A stretch of DNA of 33,045 nucleotides, from positions 1-33,045 of IMG/VR virus record IMGVR_UViG_3300045988_036764; one strand, 5' to 3'. Source of the stretch: a virus. A model generated the notes under the pieces. That model made no database searches. It was given only the letters and a program-made list of their open reading frames with translations, and was not told the DNA's origin. This document shows positions 1 to 6,564 of the stretch, piece after piece (positions within the stretch are counted from its first letter, which is position 1; each line of letters begins with the position of its first letter). The translations under genes and the position numbers were made by a program.

Positions 1-48
1 GAGGGCCACAAGGCCCTAAAGGTGAGCCATTTAGATATAGCGACTTTA
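1..48. repeat. Terminal overlap copy 1 (identical to 32998-33045)
   Basis: GAGGGCCACAAGGCCCTAAAGGTGAGCCATTTAGATATAGCGACTTTA is found at both window ends, in the same reading frame of the collagen-like gene. Confidence 0.95.
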
Positions 49-518
49 CACAGGAACAACTTAACGCACTTAAAGGGCCAAAGGGTGATAAAGGCGAACC
101 ATTCAAATATTCTGATTTTACTGCAGAACAATTACTAGCTTTAAGAGGGCCTAAAGGAGACCCTGGAAGCGGTGGCGGACAAGTAACCTCACAACCTATT
201 GAATTATATGAAGTTGTATGGGGTACTGCTAAGGCTGGAGCGTATGGTGCGGATAGAGGTTATTTAGCGTTCGACCCCTTAACAGGCTGGGGATACTTGC
301 ATTTTGACTTTATATTGACTAACCCTTCTGGCAATGGTGGTATGGTCGCACAGCTCCCACCAAATGCACCGGTCGCAGTACGACTAATAGAAAAAAGCGT
401 TAATGTAAATAATAATAGTGTTTATGTTGAGCGAAATAGCCGTATAATTAAAGCCTGGGGGGTACCGGCGAACACTCGATATATTATTGATATTATAGGG
501 TACTGGAGAAAGGGGTAA
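1..518 (+). CDS. Collagen-like tail fibre protein, C-terminal part (continuation of 32358 ORF)
   Basis: Open from the window edge (codons start at nt 3) to TAA at 516-518. Translation: [59 protein letters not shown], followed by a roughly 115-aa non-collagenous C-terminal domain. Confidence 0.85.
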   Translation, partial: GPQGPKGEPFRYSDFTQEQLNALKGPKGDKGEPFKYSDFTAEQLLALRGPKGDPGSGGGQVTSQPIELYEVVWGTAKAGAYGADRGYLAFDPLTGWGYLHFDFILTNPSGNGGMVAQLPPNAPVAVRLIEKSVNVNNNSVYVERNSRIIKAWGVPANTRYIIDIIGYWRKG

Positions 519-521
519 ATA

Positions 522-860
522 ATGTGGACTTGGCAATTTGAGCTAAATGACATCTTAACAACACTCACAATAGTGGGTGTTGTTGCAGGTGCAGGATATA
601 GATTGTTGATTATTCCGTTGTTACAACAATTAGACTCACAACGGATGCAAGATAATCTTATTTTTCAAGAAAAGTGGGGTGTGCTAACTGATACTCTAAA
701 AGACTTGAAAGATGAAATTAAATTATCACGTGCAGAACGAATTAAAGCTGAAAGCAAGCAAGTATTGTTGACAGCAAAAGTTGAAGCCTTAGAAGTACGT
801 GTTGATGATATAAAGGAAGAACTTCATGAACATACCGCCAAAGCTCATCAATACAGTTAA
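522..860 (+). CDS. Membrane-anchored coiled-coil protein, possibly a lysis accessory
   Basis: SD AGGGGT lies upstream. N-terminal hydrophobic segment ILTTLTIVGVVAGAGYRLLIIPLL, then a charged heptad-like region. It sits directly upstream of the holin/endolysin genes. Confidence 0.55.
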   Translation: MWTWQFELNDILTTLTIVGVVAGAGYRLLIIPLLQQLDSQRMQDNLIFQEKWGVLTDTLKDLKDEIKLSRAERIKAESKQVLLTAKVEALEVRVDDIKEELHEHTAKAHQYS

Positions 861-1197
861 AAAATCATATCAATCTGTAAGGGTGGCCAACATCCACCCA
901 ACAGGTGTATTAGCGACGAGGGTACTAGTATTAGTTATGCTAGTACCTATTTTATTGGTGATTACTCAATATATCATGGCTTTTATTAGTGGTTATGTAT
1001 CAGACGAAGCCAATAAGATAATTAGCGTTGGTATTAATATCATAGATCATATCTTTATTCCGTCTGTGTTAACTGCATTAGTAGGGTTCTTAGCATTGTG
1101 GATAGATAAAGACGGAAATGGAATACCAGACAAATTAGAGGAACAACCCAAAATACCACCATTACCAAACATTACAGAAAGGAGTGATAAGAAGTGA
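826..1197 (+). CDS. Putative holin (2-3 predicted TM segments)
   Basis: Hydrophobic segments VLVLVMLVPILLVITQYIMAFISGYV and IFIPSVLTALVGFLALWI, with a charged C-terminal tail. Its stop overlaps the endolysin start (GTGA). The true start may be internal, because the first 35 nt overlap the previous ORF. Confidence 0.5.
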   Translation: MNIPPKLINTVKKSYQSVRVANIHPTGVLATRVLVLVMLVPILLVITQYIMAFISGYVSDEANKIISVGINIIDHIFIPSVLTALVGFLALWIDKDGNGIPDKLEEQPKIPPLPNITERSDKK

Positions 1198-1817
1198 GAA
1201 AAGGATTTGATATTTCAGCGTGGCAAGAAGATTATAACGGCAATCCTTATTTTAATCTTGAACGAATGGAACAGGCTAAAGCAGAAGGCAATGAATTTGT
1301 CATTATTAAGCTAGGTGAAGCGTATAATGTGGATGAATATTTTGAAGAACATATGACTGCAGCATTAGAAGCAGGCTTGGAAGTAGGTGTGTATTACTTT
1401 AGCCATGCATATACAGAAGCTACAGCAGTACAAGAAGCAGAATGGGTAATCAATACATTAAATGCATATGGTTATACTGATTGGCATCTACAAGCTGGCA
1501 TTTGGTATGACTATGAAGAACACACTCAACTACGTGCATATATTAATGCTGGCGCACTTACATCTCAAGATATGACTAACTGCATGAGTAGATTTGTAAA
1601 TAGATTATGGCAAGCAGGATTTAATAATGTAGGCATCTATAGTGGATATTCCTTATTATGGGATGAAACATATGCATATAGTCAGATGCCAAGCGTTCCT
1701 ATATGGTGCGCACAATATGGCGCAACAGAATGTGATTATCCAGATGTTAAGATTTGGCAATACAGTGACAGTGGATATGTAGCAGGGGCAGAAGTAGATG
1801 TTAATTATATGTATTAG
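1194..1817 (+). CDS. Endolysin, glycoside hydrolase family 25 muramidase (single domain)
   Basis: The sequence GFDISAWQ...FVIIKLGE...VGVYYFSHA...WYDYEE...GIYSGYSLLW...PIWCAQYG...KIWQYSDSG..VDVN matches the GH25 lysozyme pattern. SD AGGAG lies upstream of a GTG start. Confidence 0.9.
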   Translation: MRKGFDISAWQEDYNGNPYFNLERMEQAKAEGNEFVIIKLGEAYNVDEYFEEHMTAALEAGLEVGVYYFSHAYTEATAVQEAEWVINTLNAYGYTDWHLQAGIWYDYEEHTQLRAYINAGALTSQDMTNCMSRFVNRLWQAGFNNVGIYSGYSLLWDETYAYSQMPSVPIWCAQYGATECDYPDVKIWQYSDSGYVAGAEVDVNYMY

Positions 1818-1826
1818 GGGGTAAAT

Positions 1827-2228
1827 ATGTATGAGAAAATCAAAACTACAATTAATGGCATTAACTATCGTTATGCTATTATCGGTGTTATTGTGTTCAT
1901 CTCTATCTTTTGCATCTGGTATATCTTCCACGAACCAAGAGGAAGCAACGATAACAATACCATTAACACAGTGGAACGAATTGAAGAGCAACAACGAGAA
2001 AGCCTTGAACTTAATCGAAGTATCCAGCATTCCATTGACAGAAACACAGAATATAGTCATGAAGCAAAAGAACGAATTGACAGAAGCACACAATACAATA
2101 ACGAAATTGGAAAGCGAATTGATGAAAGCAAAACTTCAATCAATGAAGCAAGAGGTTACCTTGAACGAAATGCAAGCATCTTTGACCGAATTGAAAGGGC
2201 AAATAGAGAACGACAAGAAAACTATTAA
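1827..2228 (+). CDS. i-spanin-like protein (N-terminal TM, charged helical periplasmic domain)
   Basis: ATG lies 5 nt after GGGGG (1817-1821). TM segment YAIIGVIVFISIFCIWYIF, then repeated ERIxxx units (ERIEEQ, ERIDRS, KRIDES, DRIERA). It is located immediately after the endolysin. Confidence 0.55.
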   Translation: MYEKIKTTINGINYRYAIIGVIVFISIFCIWYIFHEPRGSNDNNTINTVERIEEQQRESLELNRSIQHSIDRNTEYSHEAKERIDRSTQYNNEIGKRIDESKTSINEARGYLERNASIFDRIERANRERQENY

Positions 2229-2304
2229 ACGATTACGGATGCAACGCAATTTATCTCAAGTATTAGGTGGCGGTGCAATTATAGGGGTGGCTTTTAAACA
2301 TTAA
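1831..2304 (+). CDS. Secreted or lipoprotein-like coiled-coil protein with C-terminal hydrophobic segment (o-/u-spanin-like), +1 frame over 1827-2228
   Basis: ATG lies 4 nt after the 1827 ATG and shares the same SD. Signal-peptide-like MRKSKLQLMALTIVMLLSVLLCSSLSFASG, a heptad-rich middle region, and C-terminal VLGGGAIIGVAF-KH. Confidence 0.55.
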   Translation: MRKSKLQLMALTIVMLLSVLLCSSLSFASGISSTNQEEATITIPLTQWNELKSNNEKALNLIEVSSIPLTETQNIVMKQKNELTEAHNTITKLESELMKAKLQSMKQEVTLNEMQASLTELKGQIENDKKTIKRLRMQRNLSQVLGGGAIIGVAFKH

Positions 2305-2369
2305 GGAAGTGATCTAATCTATCTCCTTACCATGCAAAGGTGGATGTATGGAATTTTTATATAAGAGGT

Positions 2370-2630
2370 ATTGTAAGGATTGCCCCTTATTTGCCCCTTT
2401 TTGAAATGTAGTGATTAGATAATATAGTAGTGGTGCGGAGCGTTGAGTATAAACCCTCAATCCGCACCATTTCTACAGGCTAATTAACAGATTGTAACGA
2501 ATTGTAACAGACAATAACGGACATAGAAGTTATATAGCTATTTGGTAAGGGTAGGAGTAACAAATCGTAACGCATTGTAACGATAATTTGCCCCTTTTCT
2601 GCCCCTTTAAAAAATAAATATTTGCCCCTT
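2370..2630. promoter_or_regulatory. attP region with two families of arm-type direct repeats
   Basis: TTGCCCCTT occurs at 2380, 2391, 2588 and 2622, with the variant CTGCCCCTT at 2599. TTGTAAC(G/A) occurs at 2492, 2502 and 2575, with variants at 2371 (TTGTAAG) and 2565 (TCGTAACG). All copies share one orientation. They flank a central hairpin and lie adjacent to the integrase gene. Confidence 0.7.
2431..2469. other. Imperfect hairpin in the centre of attP (candidate core region)
   Basis: TGGTGCGGA-gcg-TTGAG-tataaacc-CTCAA-TCCGCACCA, i.e. a 9 bp plus 5 bp stem. The 3' arm ...CCCTCAATCCGCACCA resembles a tRNA T-stem/acceptor/CCA 3' end. Confidence 0.45.
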
Positions 2631-2643
2631 TTATATGAGGGTT

Positions 2644-2682
2644 GAAAAAAGCCACTGCACATGATGCGGTGGCTCATTTTTT
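2644..2682. terminator. Bidirectional intrinsic terminator (end of int; end of the rightward lysis transcript)
   Basis: A 10-bp stem AGCCACTGCA / TGCGGTGGCT (2650-2674) with loop CATGA. An A-run lies upstream and TTTTTT downstream. Confidence 0.75.
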
Positions 2683-3844
2683 ATTTATTTGCAAGTACTT
2701 TACCCATATTAGTAATTGCTGCATTTACTTCTTGTTTCATTTCATCGGTTACATGAGTATATATAGCAAGTGTAGTACGTGGCTCATTATGGCCCACACG
2801 TTCCATAATTGCTTTTAAAGGCACATTGGACTCTGCAAGAATAGATATATGAGTATGTCTGAATGTATGTGTGCTTACAGGTTTGTGAAAGTCAAGTTTT
2901 TTTATAATTCGATTAACATAATGTAGATCATATGGTAATCCACCATCAGTAACAAAGATATATCCTAAATCAGCAAACTTAGATTTCCATAATCGTCTTG
3001 CTTGATTAGCAGTAATAAAATGATTAATGATTTGTACTGCCCTAGCATCTAACTTTACCCTGCGGATAGAATGAACATTCTTTGGGGAAAGGCGCATAGC
3101 AGGGTCTGAAAAACTACCACGAGTAGACAAAGTAGCGTTTATATCAATCTCTGCATTTTCTCTATCATAGTCTTGAGTGCGCAATGCTACCATTTCACCA
3201 AATCTAAGACCAGTTAAAGATTGAAATTCACATAATAGAGATACATGATGATTAATAGTATCTAATTGTGTAAGTAAATCTTTTAGTTCATCTTTAGTAA
3301 GGAATTTAGAACGCTGTTTCTTGATGCGGTTAACATCTGCTACAGGCTTTTGGAGTTCTATATTATCTAAAAATGAAATGTCACGGATATACTCCATGCG
3401 CCTTGCATACTTCAATGATTGTCTAATTAGGCTAAGAGCAAGCTTAGTATAGTTATATGAATATTGGCAAGCGAATTTATCAAAGGTACTTTGGATAATA
3501 TAAGGAGATAACTTAGATAATAATATATCAGTAGGGAACCATTTAATAACTTGCTTATGTAAATTATCCATACTATATTGAGTAGATGATTTTCTAAACG
3601 CACGCTTTGACTCTAAATATTCAGATACAACATCATTCAATGTCATATCTTTGGCAATATCTGTATTAGTGGCCAAGTCAATTTTCTTTTGTAATTCAGC
3701 CTGCGCAAGCTTGTATGCTTGTCTACTATTAGAAGTATATGTAACAGATACTCTTTTTGTTTTACCACTATATGTATCTGTATAGCGTTCTTGAAATTTA
3801 TATTTAGTAATACCAGCTTTAGTGGTTATCGTTTCAACCCACAT
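2681..3844 (-). CDS. int: Tyrosine recombinase / phage integrase
   Basis: 387 aa. N-terminal SAM-like region. Catalytic region ...LTGLRFGEMVAL...HTFRHTHISILAESNVPLKAIMERVGHNEPRTTLAIYTHVT carries the R...HxxR...Y signature. SD AGGAGG lies upstream. Confidence 0.95.
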   Translation of the reverse strand: MWVETITTKAGITKYKFQERYTDTYSGKTKRVSVTYTSNSRQAYKLAQAELQKKIDLATNTDIAKDMTLNDVVSEYLESKRAFRKSSTQYSMDNLHKQVIKWFPTDILLSKLSPYIIQSTFDKFACQYSYNYTKLALSLIRQSLKYARRMEYIRDISFLDNIELQKPVADVNRIKKQRSKFLTKDELKDLLTQLDTINHHVSLLCEFQSLTGLRFGEMVALRTQDYDRENAEIDINATLSTRGSFSDPAMRLSPKNVHSIRRVKLDARAVQIINHFITANQARRLWKSKFADLGYIFVTDGGLPYDLHYVNRIIKKLDFHKPVSTHTFRHTHISILAESNVPLKAIMERVGHNEPRTTLAIYTHVTDEMKQEVNAAITNMGKVLANK

Positions 3845-3850
3845 TAAAAA

Positions 3851-3937
3851 ATACCTCCTAGGCTAAAAATGGTATAAGAAATAAGCCTTAGAGGTATGAT
3901 ATAATAATGGTGGAGTAAAAATGAAATACCTCTAAGG
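3851..3937 (-). promoter_or_regulatory. int leader with mutually exclusive pairings around the Shine-Dalgarno
   Basis: On the int mRNA there are three segments. A = CCUUAGAGGUAU (3937->3926). B = AUACCUCUAAGG (3897->3886). C = CCUAGGAGGUAU, the int SD (3862->3851). A:B pair 12/12. B:C pair 10/12, covering GAGGUAU. Confidence 0.4.
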
Positions 3938-3983
3938 TATGTAGTTTTTAGTGGCCCTCACTGCGGTGGGGGCTTATTTTTTT
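3912..3983 (+). ncRNA. Candidate ~70-nt antisense sRNA between immA-like gene and int
   Basis: An extended -10 TGaTATAAT (3897-3905) on the + strand is followed about 50 nt later by a + strand-specific terminator (3953-3983). Both flanking genes are on the - strand. The RNA would carry AUACCUCUAAGG (3926-3937). Confidence 0.3.
3953..3983 (+). terminator. Intrinsic terminator oriented on the + strand inside a minus-strand gene block
   Basis: Stem GCCCTCAC / GTGGGGGC (8 bp with one G-U pair), loop TGCG, followed by TTATTTTTTT. There is no U-run in the minus orientation. Confidence 0.6.
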
Positions 3984-3989
3984 ATGTAA

Positions 3990-4256
3990 TTAAAGCACAT
4001 GATGATAGAAATCTATTTCTTCAAGTAATTCATCTGTAAGTTCTTTTCGTCTTACCATGTGTTCAATTAAATTAACATGATGATCTATGTGAAAATCATC
4101 ATTAATGATATGCAGCAATTCATGCTTTACTTCGTTACGCATATCTTCAAAAGACATATTCTTGCGAATATAAATATTGTGTACACCTTCATCTTCCCCA
4201 ACAGATGCCACAGCTTTAACATTAGGAATATCACACTCAATAATATTAACAACCAC
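3990..4256 (-). CDS. ImmA/IrrE-family-like zinc metallopeptidase (short), putative anti-repressor protease
   Basis: HExxH motif within EVKHELLHIIND. It lies directly downstream of the XRE repressor and upstream of int, the same order as immR-immA-int modules. Confidence 0.7.
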   Translation of the reverse strand: MVVNIIECDIPNVKAVASVGEDEGVHNIYIRKNMSFEDMRNEVKHELLHIINDDFHIDHHVNLIEHMVRRKELTDELLEEIDFYHHVL

Positions 4257-4280
4257 TCTCTAACATCCCCCATTACAAGT

Positions 4281-4667
4281 TTATTTGTGTTTTAGTTTGA
4301 GTAATTCTATATATTCTACAGCTTTTTCCATATCCTCCTTAGAGATACCACGAGATGCGGAGAATAACATACGCATTTCTGGACGAGTGCGAAGCATTTC
4401 CGCATACTCTGCAGTTTCTGCATCTAAATAATAATTAGTAGATTGCTCATTTGTTGGAATATTCTCATCATAACCAAGTAACCATGCAGGGCTAACATTT
4501 AATGCTTTAGCAATAATATATACTTTATCTTGCTTTGGTTCGTATCGGTCATTTAACCAATCAGAAATGGAGGATTGACGGATACCTGTACGCTTTGCTA
4601 ATTCAGTTTGAGTTATTTTGCGTTCTTTCATGATACTTTTTAAACGATTTATAAAATGAATACTCAT
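4281..4667 (-). CDS. XRE-family HTH repressor (cI/ImmR-like)
   Basis: Helix-turn-helix region ITQTELAKRTGIRQSSISDWLNDRYEPKQDKVYIIAKALNVSPAWLLG. Divergent from the early operon. Has a C-terminal extension. Confidence 0.9.
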   Translation of the reverse strand: MSIHFINRLKSIMKERKITQTELAKRTGIRQSSISDWLNDRYEPKQDKVYIIAKALNVSPAWLLGYDENIPTNEQSTNYYLDAETAEYAEMLRTRPEMRMLFSASRGISKEDMEKAVEYIELLKLKHK

Positions 4668-4700
4668 GATAACTTCTCCTCTAATACTTGCTATACGATT

Positions 4701-4729
4701 ATTATAAACGGAAAACCGTCAAAAGTAAA
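4701..4729 (-). promoter_or_regulatory. Candidate leftward promoter of the repressor operon
   Basis: On the minus strand: TTTACT (4729-4724), a 17-nt spacer, then TATAAT (4706-4701). The spacer contains operator ACGGTTTTCCGT. Confidence 0.45.
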
Positions 4730-4819
4730 CATATTTTTATAAATATTAAACCAAACTTAAACGGAAAACCGATAGACAAAAGAGAAAAACAAGTGTATTA
4801 TTGAATTACGGAAAGCCGA
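4708..4819. promoter_or_regulatory. Operator repeats of the lysis-lysogeny switch (O1-O3)
   Basis: ACGGAAAACCGT at 4708-4719 (dyad ACGG-N4-CCGT), ACGGAAAACCGA at 4761-4772, and ACGGAAAGCCGA at 4808-4819. Confidence 0.65.
4773..4801 (+). promoter_or_regulatory. Candidate rightward early promoter
   Basis: TAGACA (4773-4778), a 17-nt spacer, then TATTAT (4796-4801). It is flanked by operators O2 and O3. Confidence 0.45.
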
Positions 4820-4842
4820 TAATTAAAAAAGGAGGTGAAAAA

Positions 4843-5064
4843 ATGGAATTTGATTATACAAATCTAAGAGCGTTTATCAAAGAACATTTTCACAATCTAA
4901 AAGAGTTTGCTCAATTTCTAGGTATTGGAACAACACAGCTGGGGCAACGCTTAGCGAATAAAGTACCATTTACTCAAAGAGAAATTGATAGAGTGGCAAA
5001 CAATATGGAATGTGGAAAGTTAGACATGAATAAAATTGATGCTCTTTTTTTTCAAAAGAAATAA
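4843..5064 (+). CDS. Cro-like HTH regulator
   Basis: ATG at 4843 lies 7 nt after AGGAGGTG, so the TTG at 4801 in the track is less likely. HTH-like LKEFAQFLGIGTTQLGQRLANKVPFT. It is the first gene of the rightward operon. Confidence 0.7.
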   Translation: MEFDYTNLRAFIKEHFHNLKEFAQFLGIGTTQLGQRLANKVPFTQREIDRVANNMECGKLDMNKIDALFFQKK

Positions 5065-5075
5065 CGGAAATCTGA
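5064..5075. promoter_or_regulatory. Fourth operator-like copy (O4)
   Basis: ACGGAAATCTGA followed by TAATTAAGGAG. This parallels O3 (ACGGAAAGCCGA followed by TAATTAAAAAAGGAG). Each copy sits just before an SD. Confidence 0.45.
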
Positions 5076-5097
5076 TAATTAAGGAGAGTTAATACAC

Positions 5098-5259
5098 ATG
5101 AAAGAGATAAAAGAAAAATTACACCAAGTAATTTTAAAAAGATTAGATATGGCAATGGAGGAAACAAGTTACACAGATCCATATATCGTTCCATATATTG
5201 AACTATACGAACACTTAGAAGAAAAGAGTGTTCTACAACTAGTAGAACACTCTAAATAA
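5098..5259 (+). CDS. Small hypothetical protein (53 aa), not in the ORF track
   Basis: ATG follows AAGGAGAG. Translation: MKEIKEKLHQVILKRLDMAMEETSYTDPYIVPYIELYEHLEEKSVLQLVEHSK. Contains the inverted repeat GTTCTAC-N5-GTAGAAC (5229-5247). Confidence 0.5.
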   Translation: MKEIKEKLHQVILKRLDMAMEETSYTDPYIVPYIELYEHLEEKSVLQLVEHSK

Positions 5260-5403
5260 TTAATCCTTATTAAGTTGTTTGTGATATTCCTTTAGTGCTT
5301 CAACGATTGCAGCCGTAATAGCACTGGGAACATCGGTACCATTTTGGATTGTTAGTGCGTGCGCACGAGCAATAGCATCGATTTTTGAAAAGTCGATTTT
5401 CAT
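5260..5403 (-). CDS. Small hypothetical protein (47 aa), lone minus-strand gene inside the early region
   Basis: Internal ATG of track ORF 5260..5508, preceded by AAGGAGGTG. Translation: MKIDFSKIDAIARAHALTIQNGTDVPSAITAAIVEALKEYHKQLNKD. A minus-strand extended -10 (TGtTATACT) lies upstream. Confidence 0.55.
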   Translation of the reverse strand: MKIDFSKIDAIARAHALTIQNGTDVPSAITAAIVEALKEYHKQLNKD

Positions 5404-5464
5404 ATACTCACCTCCTTTTAAGATGAGTATAACATGAGCGATAAAAATTGAAGAGGTAATACAA

Positions 5465-5863
5465 ATGAAAGAAATCAAAATGGCAGGAAAGCTAGAGTGT
5501 AATTTCAATACTCAATTACAGCAACATATGGATAATGTGGGAAGCAAGTTAAATGCATTAGTAGATGCAATTAAGTTAGCAAGAAATGACGGATATAACT
5601 TAACTGTAGATATTAGCAAGTTAGAAAAGGAAACGCTGTTAAATATGGAAACAAATAAAACAAAAGAATACACAGTAAAAATTAGAGTAGATACAGCTGG
5701 CTTAGATGAAGCAATTAAGAAATTAAAGAAGATAAATAAATTAAAAAAGGAAAGCGAACAAGTAACACCAGTTTTTAATTTAAAAGGTGGGCTAAATAAA
5801 AATAATATGAAGCAAATATTAGAAGGTATTGAGATTGAGAGAAAAGCACTCGATAAGGAATAG
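5465..5863 (+). CDS. Hypothetical early protein (132 aa, Lys-rich)
   Basis: SD GAAGAGGT lies upstream. No motif recognised. Confidence 0.6.
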   Translation: MKEIKMAGKLECNFNTQLQQHMDNVGSKLNALVDAIKLARNDGYNLTVDISKLEKETLLNMETNKTKEYTVKIRVDTAGLDEAIKKLKKINKLKKESEQVTPVFNLKGGLNKNNMKQILEGIEIERKALDKE

Positions 5864-5879
5864 AAAGGAATGTGTAGTA

Positions 5880-6098
5880 ATGGAAAGTGTTCAACCAAAG
5901 TATGTTCCTATTAGCACACTAGCTAAGATATGGGGACGGAGCAAAATGTATATCTATAGAAGAATAGATATGATCCGCAATGAAGGTAGATTTAATGAAA
6001 TCTGTATGCAACTAGGCCCACAACAAACGCTGGTACATGTAGATAAATTTGAAGCATGGATGAAAGGGCAGCACATGAAGTGGCTAAAGGGGGCATAG
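5880..6098 (+). CDS. Excisionase-like / MerR-type HTH DNA-binding protein
   Basis: Internal ATG after GAAAGGAA. The sequence YVPISTLAKIWGRSKMYIYRRIDMIRNEG resembles excisionase-family HTH proteins. Confidence 0.5.
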   Translation: MESVQPKYVPISTLAKIWGRSKMYIYRRIDMIRNEGRFNEICMQLGPQQTLVHVDKFEAWMKGQHMKWLKGA

Positions 6099-6101
6099 AA
6101 G

Positions 6102-6332
6102 ATGAACATTATAAATCTAATAACAACCGTGCAATGGTGCTTAGGAATATTAGGGTTAGGACTATATGGAGGAATTGAGCAAGCAGAAGGCTGGCAAATA
6201 TTAATCAATATAGTTTTAACAATAACAACTGGCATCACAATTTGGATGTTAGGCAGGGTTAAGGAGGTGATAAAACATGAAAGACAAAAAAGAAAAAGCA
6301 CTAGATTTACTAAAAACATATTTAATGTTTGA
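6102..6332 (+). CDS. Small membrane protein (2 TM)
   Basis: Hydrophobic segments WCLGILGLGLYGGI and ILINIVLTITTGITIWMLG, with a basic C-terminus. Confidence 0.55.
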   Translation: MNIINLITTVQWCLGILGLGLYGGIEQAEGWQILINIVLTITTGITIWMLGRVKEVIKHERQKRKSTRFTKNIFNV

Positions 6333-6564
6333 TGATGAAGAAATGCAGGTGTTAAGGGAACGCATTACATCAATTAGCGTAAGCAATAAAAGCGCAAGTT
6401 TAGACTTTACTATTCTTGCTAATGGATGCGCTATTTTTGTTAAGCGAAAGACAGGGGAATATGTATTACGCATAACAGGTAAAGGCCCAATTAAAGAGAA
6501 CAAAGTATATCTTGCATTAAGGGCAAGAGAAATACTGCTTGATGCGGTGACAAGCAATGAGTAA
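6277..6564 (+). CDS. Hypothetical early protein (95 aa)
   Basis: Strong SD AAGGAGGTG lies 7 nt upstream. No motif recognised. Confidence 0.6.
   Translation: MKDKKEKALDLLKTYLMFDDEEMQVLRERITSISVSNKSASLDFTILANGCAIFVKRKTGEYVLRITGKGPIKENKVYLALRAREILLDAVTSNE

Noticed and set aside
1-48. 48-bp terminal repeat as a physical direct terminal repeat of the virion
   Set aside because: It lies in the middle of a coding sequence that reads in frame across the join. The packaging genes (HNH, P27 terS) predict cos ends near 14.7 kb. The repeat is best explained by circular or concatemeric assembly overlap.
1656-2093. 145-aa minus-strand ORF across the endolysin/spanin junction
   Set aside because: It overlaps the well-supported GH25 gene in antisense. 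It has no SD and a Cys/Phe/Ile-rich translation. It probably reflects the stop-poor composition of this region.
2431-2469. Possible tRNA gene at the attP hairpin
   Set aside because: Only the acceptor/T-stem-like 3' portion is present. There are no D or anticodon arms and the T-loop is non-canonical. It is better read as an att core resembling a tRNA 3' end than as a tRNA gene.
2380-2630. Short direct repeats considered as a CRISPR-like array
   Set aside because: The repeats are only about 9 nt, irregularly spaced, of two interleaved families, and adjacent to an integrase. They are attP arm sites, not CRISPR.
4077-4295. 72-aa + strand ORF
   Set aside because: It is antisense to the ImmA-like gene. 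It is AT-rich, Ile/Asn/Phe-rich, and has no SD.
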